NCBI GenBank assembly: GCA_032718475.1
Contig: JAUCBJ010004655.1
Coordinates: forward strand, 5,988 to 69,987
Direction of reading: 5' to 3'
Source of the DNA: Nemertoderma westbladi
Taxonomy: Eukaryota; Animalia; Xenacoelomorpha
DNA length: 64,000 nt
In this document: in pieces, positions 22,735 to 36,400 of the stretch
How positions within the stretch are numbered: position 1 is the stretch's first letter
Layout: each line of letters begins with the position of its first letter
Translations under genes and position numbers: made by a program
Notes under the pieces: model-generated
The model's database searches: none
Told to the model about the DNA's origin: nothing
The model's input: only the letters and a program-made list of their open reading frames with translations

Positions 22735-25700
22735 GTAAGTAAACGGCCCACGCAATGACTGTGATGGTAAGTAAACGGCCCACACAATGACTGTGATGGT
22801 AAGTAAACAGCCCCCGCAATGACTGTGATGGTAAGTAAACAGCCCCCGCAATGACTGTGATGGTAAGTAAACGGCCCACGCAATGACTGTGATGGTAGGT
22901 AAACGGCCCACGCAATGACTGTGATGGTAAGTAAATGGCCCACGCAATGACTTACGGAAAGAGATGGCAATGACTGTGATGGTAAGTAAACGGCCCACGC
23001 AATGACTGTGATGGTAAGTAAACGGCCCACGCAATGACTGTGATGGTAAGTAAACGGCCCCCGCAATGACTTACGGAAAGAGATGGCAATGACTGTGATG
23101 GTAACTAAACCGCCCACGCAATGACTTACGGAAAGAGATGGCAATGACTGTGATGGTAAGTAAACGGCCCACGCAATGACTTACGGAAAGAGATGGCAAT
23201 GACTGCGATGGTAAGTAAACGGCCCACGCAATGACTTACGGAAAGAGATGGCAATGACTGTGATGGTAAGTAAACGGCCCACGCAATGACTGTGATGGTA
23301 AGTAAACGGCCCCCGCAATGACTTACGGAAAGAGATGGCAATGACTGTGATGGTAAGTAAACGGCCCACGCAATGACTGTGATGGTAAGTAAACGGCCCC
23401 CGCAATGACTTACGGAAAGAGATGGCAATGACTGTGATGGTAAGTAAACGGCCCACGCAATGACTGTGATGGTAAGTAAACGGCCCCCGCAATGACTTAC
23501 GGAAAGAGATGGCAATGACTGTGATGGTAAGTAAACGGCCCACGCAATGACTGTGATGGTAAGTAAACCGCCCACGCAATGACTTACGGAAAGAGATGGC
23601 AATGACTGTGATGGTAAGTAAACGGCCCACGCAATGACTGTGATGGTAAGTAAACGGCCCCCGCAATGACTTACGGAAAGAGATGGCAATGACTGTGATG
23701 GTAAGTAAACGGCCCACGCAATGACTGTGATGGTAAGTAAACGGCCCACACAATGACTGTGATGGTAAGTAAACGGCCCACGCAATGACTGTGATGGTAA
23801 GTAAACGGCCCACACAATGACTTACGGAAAGAGATGGCAATGACTGTGATGGTAAGTAAACGGCCCACGCAATGACTGTGATGGTAAGTAAACGGCCCAC
23901 ACAATGACTGTGATGGTAAGTAAACGGCCCCCGCAATGACTGTGATGGTAAGTAAACGGCCCACGCAATGACTGATGGTAAGTAAACGGCCCACGCAATG
24001 ACTGTGATGGTAAGTAAACGGCCCACACAATGACTTACGGAAAGAGATGGCAATGACTGTGATGGTAAGTAAACGGCCCACGCAATGACTGTGATGGTAA
24101 GTAAACGGCCCACACAATGACTGTGATGGTAAGTAAACGGCCCCCGCAATGACTGTGATGGTAAGTAAACGGCCCACGCAATGACTGTGATGGTAAGTAA
24201 ACGGCCCACACAATGACTGTGATGGTAAGTAAACGGCCCACACAATGACTTACGGAAAGAGATGGCAATGATTGTGATGGTAAGTAAATGGCCCACACAA
24301 TGACTTACGGAAAGAGATGGCAATGACTGTGATGGTAAGTAAACGGCCCACACAATGACTGATGGTAAGTAAACGGCCCACGCAATGACTGATGGTAAGT
24401 AAACGGCCCACGCAATGACTGTGATGGTAAGTAAACGGCCCACACAATGACTTACGGAAAGAGATGGCAATGACTGTGATGGTAAGTAAACAGCCCCCGC
24501 AATGACTGTGATGGTAAGTAAACGGCCCACGCAATGACTGTGATGGTAGGTAAACGGCCCACGCAATGACTGTGATGGTAAGTAAATGGCCCACGCAATG
24601 ACTTACGGAAAGAGATGGCAATGACTGTGATGGTAAGTAAACAGCCCCCGCAATGACTGTGATGGTAAGTAAACGGCCCACGCAATGACTGTGATGGTAG
24701 GTAAACGGCCCACGCAATGACTGTGATGGTAAGTAAATGGCCCACGCAATGACTTACGGAAAGAGATGGCAATGACTGTGATGGTAAGTAAACGGCCCAC
24801 GCAATGACTGTGATGGTAAGTAAACGGCCCACGCAATGACTGTGATGGTAAGTAAACGGCCCCCGCAATGACTTACGGAAAGAGATGGCAATGACTGTGA
24901 TGGTAACTAAACCGCCCACGCAATGACTTACGGAAAGAGATGGCAATGACTGTGATGGTAAGTAAACGGCCCACGCAATGACTTACGGAAAGAGATGGCA
25001 ATGACTGCGATGGTAAGTAAACGGCCCACGCAATGACTTACGGAAAGAGATGGCAATGACTGTGATGGTAAGTAAACGGCCCACGCAATGACTGTGATGG
25101 TAAGTAAACGGCCCCCGCAATGACTTACGGAAAGAGATGGCAATGACTGTGATGGTAAGTAAACGGCCCACGCAATGACTGTGATGGTAAGTAAACGGCC
25201 CCCGCAATGACTTACGGAAAGAGATGGCAATGACTGTGATGGTAAGTAAACGGCCCACGCAATGACTGTGATGGTAAGTAAACGGCCCCCGCAATGACTT
25301 ACGGAAAGAGATGGCAATGACTGTGATGGTAAGTAAACGGCCCACGCAATGACTGTGATGGTAAGTAAACCGCCCACGCAATGACTTACGGAAAGAGATG
25401 GCAATGACTGTGATGGTAAGTAAACGGCCCACGCAATGACTGTGATGGTAAGTAAACGGCCCCCGCAATGACTTACGGAAAGAGATGGCAATGACTGTGA
25501 TGGTAAGTAAACGGCCCACGCAATGACTGTGATGGTAAGTAAACGGCCCACACAATGACTGTGATGGTAAGTAAACGGCCCACGCAATGACTGTGATGGT
25601 AAGTAAACGGCCCACACAATGACTTACGGAAAGAGATGGCAATGACTGTGATGGTAAGTAAACGGCCCACGCAATGACTGTGATGGTAAGTAAACGGCCC

Positions 25701-28700
25701 ACACAATGACTGTGATGGTAAGTAAACGGCCCCCGCAATGACTGTGATGGTAAGTAAACGGCCCACGCAATGACTGATGGTAAGTAAACGGCCCACGCAA
25801 TGACTGTGATGGTAAGTAAACGGCCCACACAATGACTTACGGAAAGAGATGGCAATGACTGTGATGGTAAGTAAACGGCCCACGCAATGACTGTGATGGT
25901 AAGTAAACGGCCCACACAATGACTGTGATGGTAAGTAAACGGCCCCCGCAATGACTGTGATGGTAAGTAAACGGCCCACGCAATGACTGTGATGGTAAGT
26001 AAACGGCCCACACAATGACTGTGATGGTAAGTAAACGGCCCACACAATGACTTACGGAAAGAGATGGCAATGATTGTGATGGTAAGTAAATGGCCCACAC
26101 AATGACTTACGGAAAGAGATGGCAATGACTGTGATGGTAAGTAAACGGCCCACACAATGACTGATGGTAAGTAAACGGCCCACGCAATGACTGTGATGGT
26201 AAGTAAATGGCCCAAGCAATGACTGTGATGGTAAGTAAACGGCCCACACAATGACTTACGGAAAGAGATGGCAATGACTGTGATGGTAAGTAAACGGCCC
26301 ACACAATGACTTACGGAAAGAGATGGCAATGACTGTGATGGTAAGTAAACGGCCCACACAATGACTGATGGTAAGTAAACGGCCCACGCAATGACTGTGA
26401 TGGTAAGTAAATGGCCCAAGCAATGACTGTGATGGTAAGTAAACGGCCCACACAATGACTTACGGAAAGAGATGGCAATGACTGTGATGGTAAGTAAACG
26501 GCCCACACAATGACTTACGGAAAGAGATGGCAATGACTGTGATGGTAAGTAAACGGCCCACACAATGACTGATGGTAAGTAAACGGCGCACGCAATGACT
26601 GTGATGGTAAGTAAATGGCCCAAGCAATGACTGTGATGGTAAGTAAACGGCCCACACAATGACTTACGGAAAGAGATGGCAATGACTGTGATGGTAAGTA
26701 AACCGCCCACACAATGACTGATGGTAAGTAAACGGCCCACGCAATGACTTACGGAAAGAGATGGCAATGACTGTGATGGTAAGTAAACCGCCCACGCAAT
26801 GACTTACGGAAAGAGATGGCAATGACTGTGATGGTAAGTAAACGGCCCACGCAATGACTGTGATGGTAAGTAAACGGCCCCCGCAATGACTTACGGAAAG
26901 AGATGAATGACTGTGATGGTAAGTAAACGGCCCACGCAATGACTGTGATGGTAAGTAAACGGCCCACACAATGACTGTGATGGTAAGTAAACGGCCCACG
27001 CAATGACTGTGATGGTAAGTAAACGGCCCACACAATGACTTACGGAAAGAGATGGCAATGACTGTGATGGTAAGTAAACGGCCCACGCAATGACTGTGAT
27101 GGTAAGTAAACGGCCCACACAATGACTGTGATGGTAAGTAAACGGCCCCCGCAATGACTGTGATGGTAAGTAAACGGCCCACGCAATGACTGATGGTAAG
27201 TAAACGGCCCACGCAATGACTGTGATGGTAAGTAAACGGCCCACACAATGACTTACGGAAAGAGATGGCAATGACTGTGATGGTAAGTAAACGGCCCACG
27301 CAATGACTGTGATGGTAAGTAAACGGCCCACACAATGACTGTGATGGTAAGTAAACGGCCCCCGCAATGACTGTGATGGTAAGTAAACGGCCCACGCAAT
27401 GACTGTGATGGTAAGTAAACGGCCCACACAATGACTGTGATGGTAAGTAAACGGCCCACACAATGACTTACGGAAAGAGATTGCAATGATTGTGATGGTA
27501 AGTAAATGGCCCACACAATGACTTACGGAAAGAGATGGCAATGACTGTGATGGTAAGTAAACGGCCCACACAATGACTGATGGTAAGTAAACGGCCCACG
27601 CAATGACTGTGATGGTAAGTAAATGGCCCAAGCAATGACTGTGATGGTAAGTAAACGGCCCACACAATGACTTACGGAAAGAGATGGCAATGACTGTGAT
27701 GGTAAGTAAACGGCCCACACAATGACTTACGGAAAGAGATGGCAATGACTGTGATGGTAAGTAAACGGCCCACACAATGACTGATGGTAAGTAAACGGCC
27801 CACGCAATGACTGTGATGGTAAGTAAATGGCCCAAGCAATGACTGTGATGGTAAGTAAACGGCCCACACAATGACTTACGGAAAGAGATGGCAATGACTG
27901 TGATGGTAAGTAAACGGCCCACACAATGACTGATGGTAAGTAAACGGCCCACGCAATGACTGTGATGGTAAGTAAATGGCCCAAGCAATGACTGTGATGG
28001 TAAGTAAACGGCCCACACAATGACTTACGGAAAGAGATGGCAATGACTGTGATGGTAAGTAAACCGCCCACACAATGACTGATGGTAAGTAAACGGCCCA
28101 CGCAATGACTGTGATGGTAAGTAAATGGCCCAAGCAATGACTGTGATGGTAAGTAAACGGCCCACACAATGACTTACGGAAAGAGATGGCAATGACTGTG
28201 ATGTTAAGTAAACGGCCCACACAATGACTTACGGAAAGAGATGGCAATGACTGTGATGGTAAGTAAACGGCCCACACAATGACTTACGGAAAGAGATGGC
28301 AATGACTGTGATGGTAAGTAAACGGCCCACACAATGACTTACGGAAAGAGATGGCAATGACTGTGATGGTAAGTAAACGGCCCACACAATGACTTACGGA
28401 AAGAGATGGCAATGACTGTGATGGTAAGTAAACGGCCCACACAATGACTGTGATGGTAAGTAAACGGCCCACACAATGACTTACGGAAAGAGATGGCAAT
28501 GACTGTGATGGTAAGTAAACGGCCCACACAATGACTTACGGAAAGAGATGGCAATGACTGTGATGGTAAGTAAACGGCCCACACAATGACTGTGATGGTA
28601 AGTAAACGGCCCACACAATGACTTACGGAAAGATATGGCAATGACTGTGATGGTAAGTAAACGGCCCACACAATGACTTACGGAAAGAGATGGCAATGAC

Positions 28701-30253
28701 TGTGATGGTAAGTAAACGGCCCACACCTTGACTTACGGAAAGAGATGGCAATGACTGTGATGGTAAGTAAACGGCCCACACAATGACTTACGGAAAGAGA
28801 TGGCAATGACTGTGATGGTAAGTAAACGGCCCACGCAATGACTGTGATGGTAAGTAAACGGCCCACGCAATGACTGTGATGGTAAGTAAACGGCCCACAC
28901 AATGACTTACGGAAAGAGATGGCAATGACTGTGATGGTAAGTAAACGGCCCACACAATGACTTACGGAAAGAGATGGCAATGACTGTGATGGTAAGTAAA
29001 CGGCCCACACAATGACTTACGGAAAGAGATGGCAATGACTGTGATGGTAAGTAAACGGCCCACGCAATGACTGTGATGGTAAGTAAACGGCCCACGCAAT
29101 GACTTACGGAAAGAGATGGCAATGACTGATGGTAAGAAAACGGCCCACACAATGACTGATGGTAAGTAAACGGCCCACGCAATGACTTACGGAAAGAGAT
29201 GGCAATGACTGTGATGGTAAGTAAACGGCCCACGCAATGACTGTGATGGTAAGTAAACCGCCCACGCAATGACTGTGATGGTAAGTAAACGGCCCACACA
29301 ATGACTTACGGAAAGAGATGGCAATGACTGTGATGGTAAGTAAACGGCCCACACAATGACTGTGATGGTAAGTAAACGGCCCACGCAATGACTTACGGAA
29401 AGAGATGGCAATGACTGTGATGGTAAGTAAACGGCCCACACAATGACTGTGATGGTAAGTAAACGGCCCACACAATGACTGTGATGGTAAGTAAACGGCC
29501 CACACAATGACTTACGGAAAGAGATGGCAATGACTGTGATGGTAAGTAAACGGCCCACACAATGACTTACGGAAAGAGATGGCAATGACTGTGATGGTAA
29601 GTAAACGGCCCACACAATGACTTACGGAAAGAGATGGCAATGACTGTGATGGTAAGTAAACGGCCCACACAATGACTTACGGAAAGAGATGGCAATGACT
29701 GTGATGGTAAGTAAACGGCCCACGCAATGACTGTGATGGTAAGTAAACGGCCCACGCAATGACTTACGGAAAGAGATGGCAATGACTGTGATGGTAAGTA
29801 AACGGCCCACACAATGACTGTGATGGTAAGTAAACGGCCCACACAATGACTTACGGAAAGAGATGGCAATGACTGTGATGGTAAGTAAACGGCCCACACA
29901 ATGACTTACGGAAAGAGATGGCAATGACTGTGATGGTAAGTAAACGGCCCACGCAATGACTGTGATGGTAAGTAAACGGCCCACACAATGACTTACGGAA
30001 AGAGATGGCAATGACTGTGATGGTAAGTAAACGGCCCACACAATGACTTACGGAAAGAGATGGCAATGACTGTGATGGTAAGTAAACGGCCCACACAATG
30101 ACTTACGGAAAGAGATGGCAATGACTGTGATGGTAAGTAAACGGCCCACGCAATGACTGTGATGGTAAGTAAACGGCCCACGCAATGACTTACGGAAAGA
30201 GTTGGCAATGACTGTGATGGTAAGTAAACGGCCCACACAATGACTTACGGAAA
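22714..30253 (+). repeat. 7.5-kb satellite of interleaved 32-bp and 55-bp units copying the exon 15 end and GTAAGT donor
   Basis: 32-mer GCAATGACTGTGATG|GTAAGTAAACGGCCCAC; the 55-mer adds GCAATGACTTACGGAAAGAGATG; the first copy is the real exon/intron junction. Confidence 0.97.
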
Positions 30254-30503
30254 ACGGCTGAAACTGAAAATTTGGGATTTCGTAGTTTCGTAATTAGGGT
30301 TATTTCATGTTCCATTCCGCTCACCATTCCAATAAACAGTTCACATAAAATGTGAACATGGAAATACCTCCTGATGATGTGTTGTATGTCTGGAATTAAC
30401 TTACTTACCGCCGTAAAAATACAAAAATTATATCTTAATGTCAATTAGTAGTAATTAGTTTATTACTCATTACAACTAATTACTTTTTTCCTAATTTAAC
30501 CAG

Positions 30504-30854
30504 ACGTCGACGAATGTGAGGAGCTGGGGGACTCTGCGTGCCACGCTAGGGCCACCTGCAGCAACAAGCCGGGTGGGCACGATTGCGAATGCAACGACGG
30601 TCTCCTAGGCGACGGGGTCAACAACTGCGACGAGCCGGACGCGTGCGCGACGCACTCAGGTTGCGATGCCAACGCCCACTGTGTAAACGGCGCTAACGGA
30701 GCACGTTGCGAGTGTAACACTGGTTATATTGGTGACGGGACAGAATGCGAGGACATTAACGAGTGTCTTGAGGAGGATTGTGGAGACAATGCCATTTGTA
30801 TCAATAAACCCGGATTTTATATCTGTGTGTGCGAAGAAGGGTCTACTAGGAATG
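30504..30854 (+). CDS. Exon 16: three EGF/cbEGF
   Basis: aaccag|AC GTC GAC GAA TGT ... AAT G|gtaagt; DVDECEELGDSAC...EPDACATHSGC...DINECLEEDC; phase 1-1. Confidence 0.94.
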
Positions 30855-31952
30855 GTAAGTAAAAGTAGGCAGGGGACTGAATGGTTTCCATAAGGTGAGC
30901 AGGGGCTATTACTGTAGGGCCCATGATCGTCGTGTGTTCAGATAATACAATATTAGTGCTGTACTAACGTGTACTTTCGTAAACATTCACAAATATTAAG
31001 TACTAGTTTCTAACTTGAGGTTAATGAGGGTTCTCTATAGTTGTACATGGTTCTAAATCGATGTTGTTTACTTAAATTAAGCATATGGTTTATCACTCTA
31101 TACTCTTACTCGATTTATATGGTTTCTCACACGATGTCCAATGCATGGTTCCCGTTTTTAGATCTACATGATTTCACTTGATGTACCCTTGATTTTTTTA
31201 AATTTAGTTTTCAATCTTCAAATATGATCCCCATTGTGGTATATTATGTGTTATTTTAAAATATTATCTTATGTTCAGGGTTACAGGTTACAACTGTTAT
31301 TGTAAAGTTTGGAAATAGTAAAAAAAATTAAATTAAATAATATTATAATATTAATATTATACAGACGAATTTTGCTATATCCATCTTAGGACCACTGATA
31401 TGTTAAATATCGGTTTGACACAATCCAGATACAGTAAGCGGATATAAACTGACTACTAAAACCCCAATCTAAAAGAAAGGTGACCAATCGATCCGACAAA
31501 CTATCGCCTCGTCGACATTTCCAGTACACATCCAAACCCAATTACAGTTGAGAAACTCTTGTGTAACAATTTGAACTGAATCTAAAATCAAACAATTTTT
31601 TAGCATCACATTAATTCAGTTTGGTTTCACGATATTAGTTGTAAGGAAACTAACTACATACGTGTTCAGCCGGTCCCAAGTGTTAATATTTACACGAACG
31701 AGCGGAGCGAGTGAGTGAAATATTGAAACGAGGCACCGAATGTTTATCACCCGGGTGAAAAATACAAAAAAATAGAAATAATTGCCGCAATAATAAGTCA
31801 CCGTAGGAATATCCTTATAATTAATTAAATATACCTGCTAATTGCTGTTTTTACAAACAACATTCATTGAGTAATAAATTACTCATTACGACGCTTATTC
31901 CCATTGATTATCAGATGGGGCCTCATTGAATTCCTTGACATTGGATTTCTAG

Positions 31953-32093
31953 GAGAGTTGTGTGTGGACGATGATGAATGCTCCAACGGATCCAACGATT
32001 GCTCACCCAATGCTATCTGCTCCAACCTAGACGGGGGCGGCTACACATGTAACTGTAAACCTGGCTTCGAAGGCAATGGAAGAATTTGTGAAG
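31953..32093 (+). CDS. Exon 17: cbEGF
   Basis: tttctag|GA GAG ... GAA G|gtaata; GELCVDDDECSNGSNDCSPNAICSNLDGGGYTCNCKPGFEGNGRICE. Confidence 0.93.
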
Positions 32094-32387
32094 GTAATAT
32101 TATTTAATTATATAAACTTTACATTACATAAAAATTATAGATAAAGGAAAGACATTATTGAGTTAGACCACATGAAGAATACCTTCATTTACTACAGTAA
32201 CTTAATCTAAAATCACAATTTCAGAACTTTGAACATGAGAAAACCAAAACAGGAAATGTAAGCTGCACGATATTAAACATCTACAAGTTTTTCTAAGTTC
32301 ACCCTCTCATTACATTTTTTAATTTAAATGTCTTGTTTTTATATTGTAATAATACGATAAAGCTATCTAATCAATAAATGCTTACAG

Positions 32388-32563
32388 ACATTGACGAATG
32401 TTCCCCTAGCAACGGGTCGCCAAATTCATGCGGTTCCCTAGGGCCGGGAGGGAAATGCTCGAACACCGCTGGTTCGTTTGTTTGTGAGTGCGAACCACCG
32501 CTGGTACTGAAAGATGGTTCGTGTTCGCCACCAGATGGGCCGAACTCAGTGGTACCATGTGAG
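32388..32563 (+). CDS. Exon 18: cbEGF and start of next EGF
   Basis: cttacag|AC ATT GAC ... TGT GAG|gttagt; DIDECSPSNGSPNSC...CSNTAGSFVCECEPPLVLKDGSCSPPDGPNSVVPCE; phase 1-0. Confidence 0.92.
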
Positions 32564-33496
32564 GTTAGTTTGTGAGTGCGAACCACCGCTGGTACTGAAA
32601 GATGGTTCGTGTTCGCCACCAGCTGGGCCGAACTCAGTGGTACCATGTGAGGTTAGTTTGTGAGTGCGAACCACCGCTGGTACTGAAAGATGGTTCGTGT
32701 TCGCCACCAGCTGGGCCGAACTCAGTGGTACCATGTGAGGTTAGTTTGTGAGTGCGAACCACCGCTGGTACTGAAAGATGGTTCGTGTTCGCCACCAGAT
32801 GGGCCGAACTCAGTGGTACCATGTGAGGTTAGTTTGTGAGTGCGAACCACCGCTGGTACTGAAAGATGGTTCGTGTTCGCCACCAGCTGGGCCGAACTCA
32901 GTGGTACCATGTGAGGTTAGTTTGTGAGTGCGAACCACCGCTGGTACTGAAAGATGGTTCATGTTCGCCACCAGCTGGGCCGAACTCAGTGGTACCATGT
33001 GAGGTTAGTTTGTGAGTGCGAACCACCGCTGGTACTGAAAGATGGTTCGTGTTCGCCACCAGCTGGGCCGAACTCAGTGGTACCATGTGAGGTTAGTTTG
33101 TGAGTGCGAACCACCGCTGGTACTGAAAGATGGTTCGTGTTCGCCACCAGCTGGGCCGAACTCAGTGGTACCATGTGAGGTTAGTTTGTGAGTGCAACCA
33201 CCGCTGGTACTGAAAGATGGTTCGTGTTCGCCACCAGCTGGGCCGAACTCAGTGGTACCATGTGAGGTTAGTTTGTGAGTGCGAACCACCGCTGGTACTG
33301 AAAGATGGTTCGTGTTCGCCAACAGCTGGGCCGAACTCAGTGGTACCATGTGAGGTTAGTTTGTGAGTGCGAACCACCGCTGGTACTGAAAGATGGTTCG
33401 TGTTCGCCACCAGCTGGGCCGAACTCAGTGGTACCATGTGAGGTTAGTTTGTGAGTGTGAACCACCGCTGGTACTGAAAGATGGTTCGTGTTCGCG
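32480..33496 (+). repeat. 88-bp tandem repeat (~11.5 copies) of the last 84 nt of exon 18 plus donor
   Basis: GTTTGTGAGTGCGAACC...GTGGTACCATGTGAG|GTTA recurs every 88 nt from 32480; copies are near-identical to the exon. Confidence 0.97.
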
Positions 33497-36400
33497 TTCG
33501 TGGTGCCATGTCAGTTAGTTGGATGAACGCTGTGGTACCATATGGATTTAGGTGGGTGGACACTGCGTTACCATGTGGATTTAGTTGGGTGAATGCTGTG
33601 GTACCATGTGGATTTAGTTGGGTGAACGCCGTGGTACCCTGTGGATTTAGTTGGGTGAACGCTGTGGTACCATGTGGATTTAGTTGGGTGAACGCCGTGG
33701 TACCCTGTGGATTTAGTTGGGTGAATGCTGTGGTACCATGTGGATTTAGTTGGGTGAACGCCGTGGTACCCTGTGGATTTAGTTGGGTGAACGCTGTGGT
33801 ACCATGTGGATTTAGTTGGATGAACACTGTGGTACCATGTGGATTTAGTTGGGTGAACACTATGGTACCATGTGGATTTAGTTGGGTGAACACTGTGGTA
33901 CCATGTGGATTTAGTTGGATGAACGCTGTGGTACCATGTGGATTTAGTTGGGTGAATACTGTGGTGCCATGTCAGTTAGTTAGATGAACGCTGTAGTACC
34001 ATGTGGATTTAGTTGGATGAACGCTGTGGTACCATGTGGATTTAGTTGGGTGAATAATGTGGTGCCATGTCAGTTAGTTGGATGAACGCTGTGGTACCAT
34101 ATGGATTTAGTTGGGTGAACACTGTGTTACCATGTGGATTTAGTTGGGTGAATGCTGTGGTACCATGTGGATTTAGTTGGGTGAACGCCGTGGTACCCTG
34201 TGGATTTAGTTGGGTGAATGCTGTGGTACCATGTGTATTTAGTTGGGTGAACACTATGGTACCATGTGGATTTAGTTGGGTGAACACTGTGGTACCATGT
34301 GGATTTAGTTGGATGAACGCTGTTGTACCATGTGGATTTAGTTGGGTGAATACTGTGGTGCCATGTCAGTTAGTTGGAGACCGCTGTGGTACCATGTGGA
34401 TTTAGTTGGGTGAACACTGTGGTACCTTGTGGATTTAGTTGGATGAACGCTGTGGTACCATGTCAGTTAGTTGGATGAACGCTGTGGTACCATATGGATT
34501 TAGTTGGGTGAACACTGTGTTACCATGTGGATTTAGTTGGGTGAATGCTGTGGTACCATGTGGATTTAGTTGGATCAACGCTGTGGTACCATGTGGATTT
34601 AGTTGGGTGAACACTGTGGTACCATGTGGATTTAGTTGGATGAACGCTGTGGTACCATATGGATTTAGTTGGGTGAACACTGTGGTACCATGTGGATTTA
34701 GTTGGATGAACGCTTTGGTACCATGTGGATTTAGTTGGGTGAACACTATGGTACCATGTCGATTTAGTTGGGTGAATACTGTGGTGCCAGTCAATTAGTT
34801 GGATGAACGCTGTGGTACCATATGGATTTAGTTGGGTGAACACTGTGTTACCATGTGGATTTAGTTGGGTGAATGCTGTGGTACCATGTGGATTTAGTTG
34901 GATCAACGCTGTGGTACCATGTGGATTTAGTTGGGTGAACACTATGGTACCATGTGGATTTAGTTGGGTGAATACTGTGGTGCCATGTCAGTTAGTTGGA
35001 TGAACGCTGTGGTACCATATGGATTTAGTTGGGTGAACACTGTGTTACCATGTGGATTTAGTTGGGTGAATGCTGTGGTACCATGTGGATTTAGTTGGAT
35101 CAACGCTGTGGTACCATGTGGATTTAGTTGGGTGAACACTATGGTACCATGTGGATTTAGTTGGGTGAACACTGTGGTACCATGTGGATTTAGTTGCGTG
35201 AACACTATGGTACCATGTGGATTTAGTTGGGTGAACACTGTGGTACCATGTGGATTTAGTTGGATGAATGCTGTGGTACCATGTGGATTTAGTTGGGTGA
35301 ACACTATGGTACCTTGTGGAGTTAGTTGGGTGAACACTATGGTACCATGGGGATTTAGTTGGGTGAACACTGTGGTACCATGTGGATTTAGTTGGATGAA
35401 CGCTGTGGTACCATGTGGATTTAGTTGGGTGAACACTATGGTACCTTGTGGAGTTAGTTGGGTGAACACTATGGTACCATGGGGATTTAGTTGGATGAAC
35501 GCTGTGGTACCATGTGGATTTAGTTGGGTGAATAATGTGGTGCCATGTCAGTTAGTTGGATGAACGCTGTGGTACCATATGGATTTAGTTGGGTGAACAC
35601 TGTGGTACCATGTGGATTTAGTTGGATGAACGCTTTGGTACCATGTGGATTTAGTTGGGTGAACACTATGGTACCATGTGAATTTAGTTCGGTGAACACT
35701 GTGTTACCATGTTGATTTAGTTGGGTGAATGCTGTGGTACCATGTGGTTTTAGTTGGGTGAACACTATGGTACCATGTGGATTTAGTTGGGTGAAAACTG
35801 TGGTACCATGTGGAATTAGTTTGGTGAACGCCGTGGTACCCTGTGGATTTAATTGGGTGAACGGCGAACGCCGTGGTACCCTGTGGATTTAGTTGGGTGA
35901 ACGCCGTGGTACCCTGTGGATTTAGTTGGGTGAAAGCTGTGGAACCATGTCAGTTAGTTGGGTGAACGCCGTGGTACCCTGTGGATTTAGTTGGGTGAAC
36001 ACTGTGTTACCATGTGGATTTAGTTGGATGAACGCTGTGGTACCATTTGGATTTAGTTGGGTGAATACTGTGGTGCCATGTCAGTTAGTTGGATGAACGC
36101 TGTGGTACCATATGGATTTAGTTGGGCGAACACTGTGTTACCATGTGGATTTAGTTGGGTGAATGCTGTGGTACCATGTGGATTTAGTTGGATCAACGCT
36201 GTGGTACCATGTGGATTTAGTTGGGTGAACACTATGGTACCATGTGGATTTAGTTGGGTGAACACTGTGGTACCATGGGGATTTAGTTGGATGAACGTTG
36301 TGGTACCATGTGGATTTAGTTGGGTGAACACTATGGTACCTTGTGGAGTTAGTTGGGTGAACACTATGGTACCATGGGGATTTAGTTGGGTGAACACTGT

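Noticed and set aside
22714-30253. CRISPR-like appearance of regular ~32-bp repeats (also the 33-, 40- and 68-bp arrays)
   Set aside because: There are no unique spacers and no cas genes, the context is eukaryotic and intronic, and the units are head-to-tail tandem.
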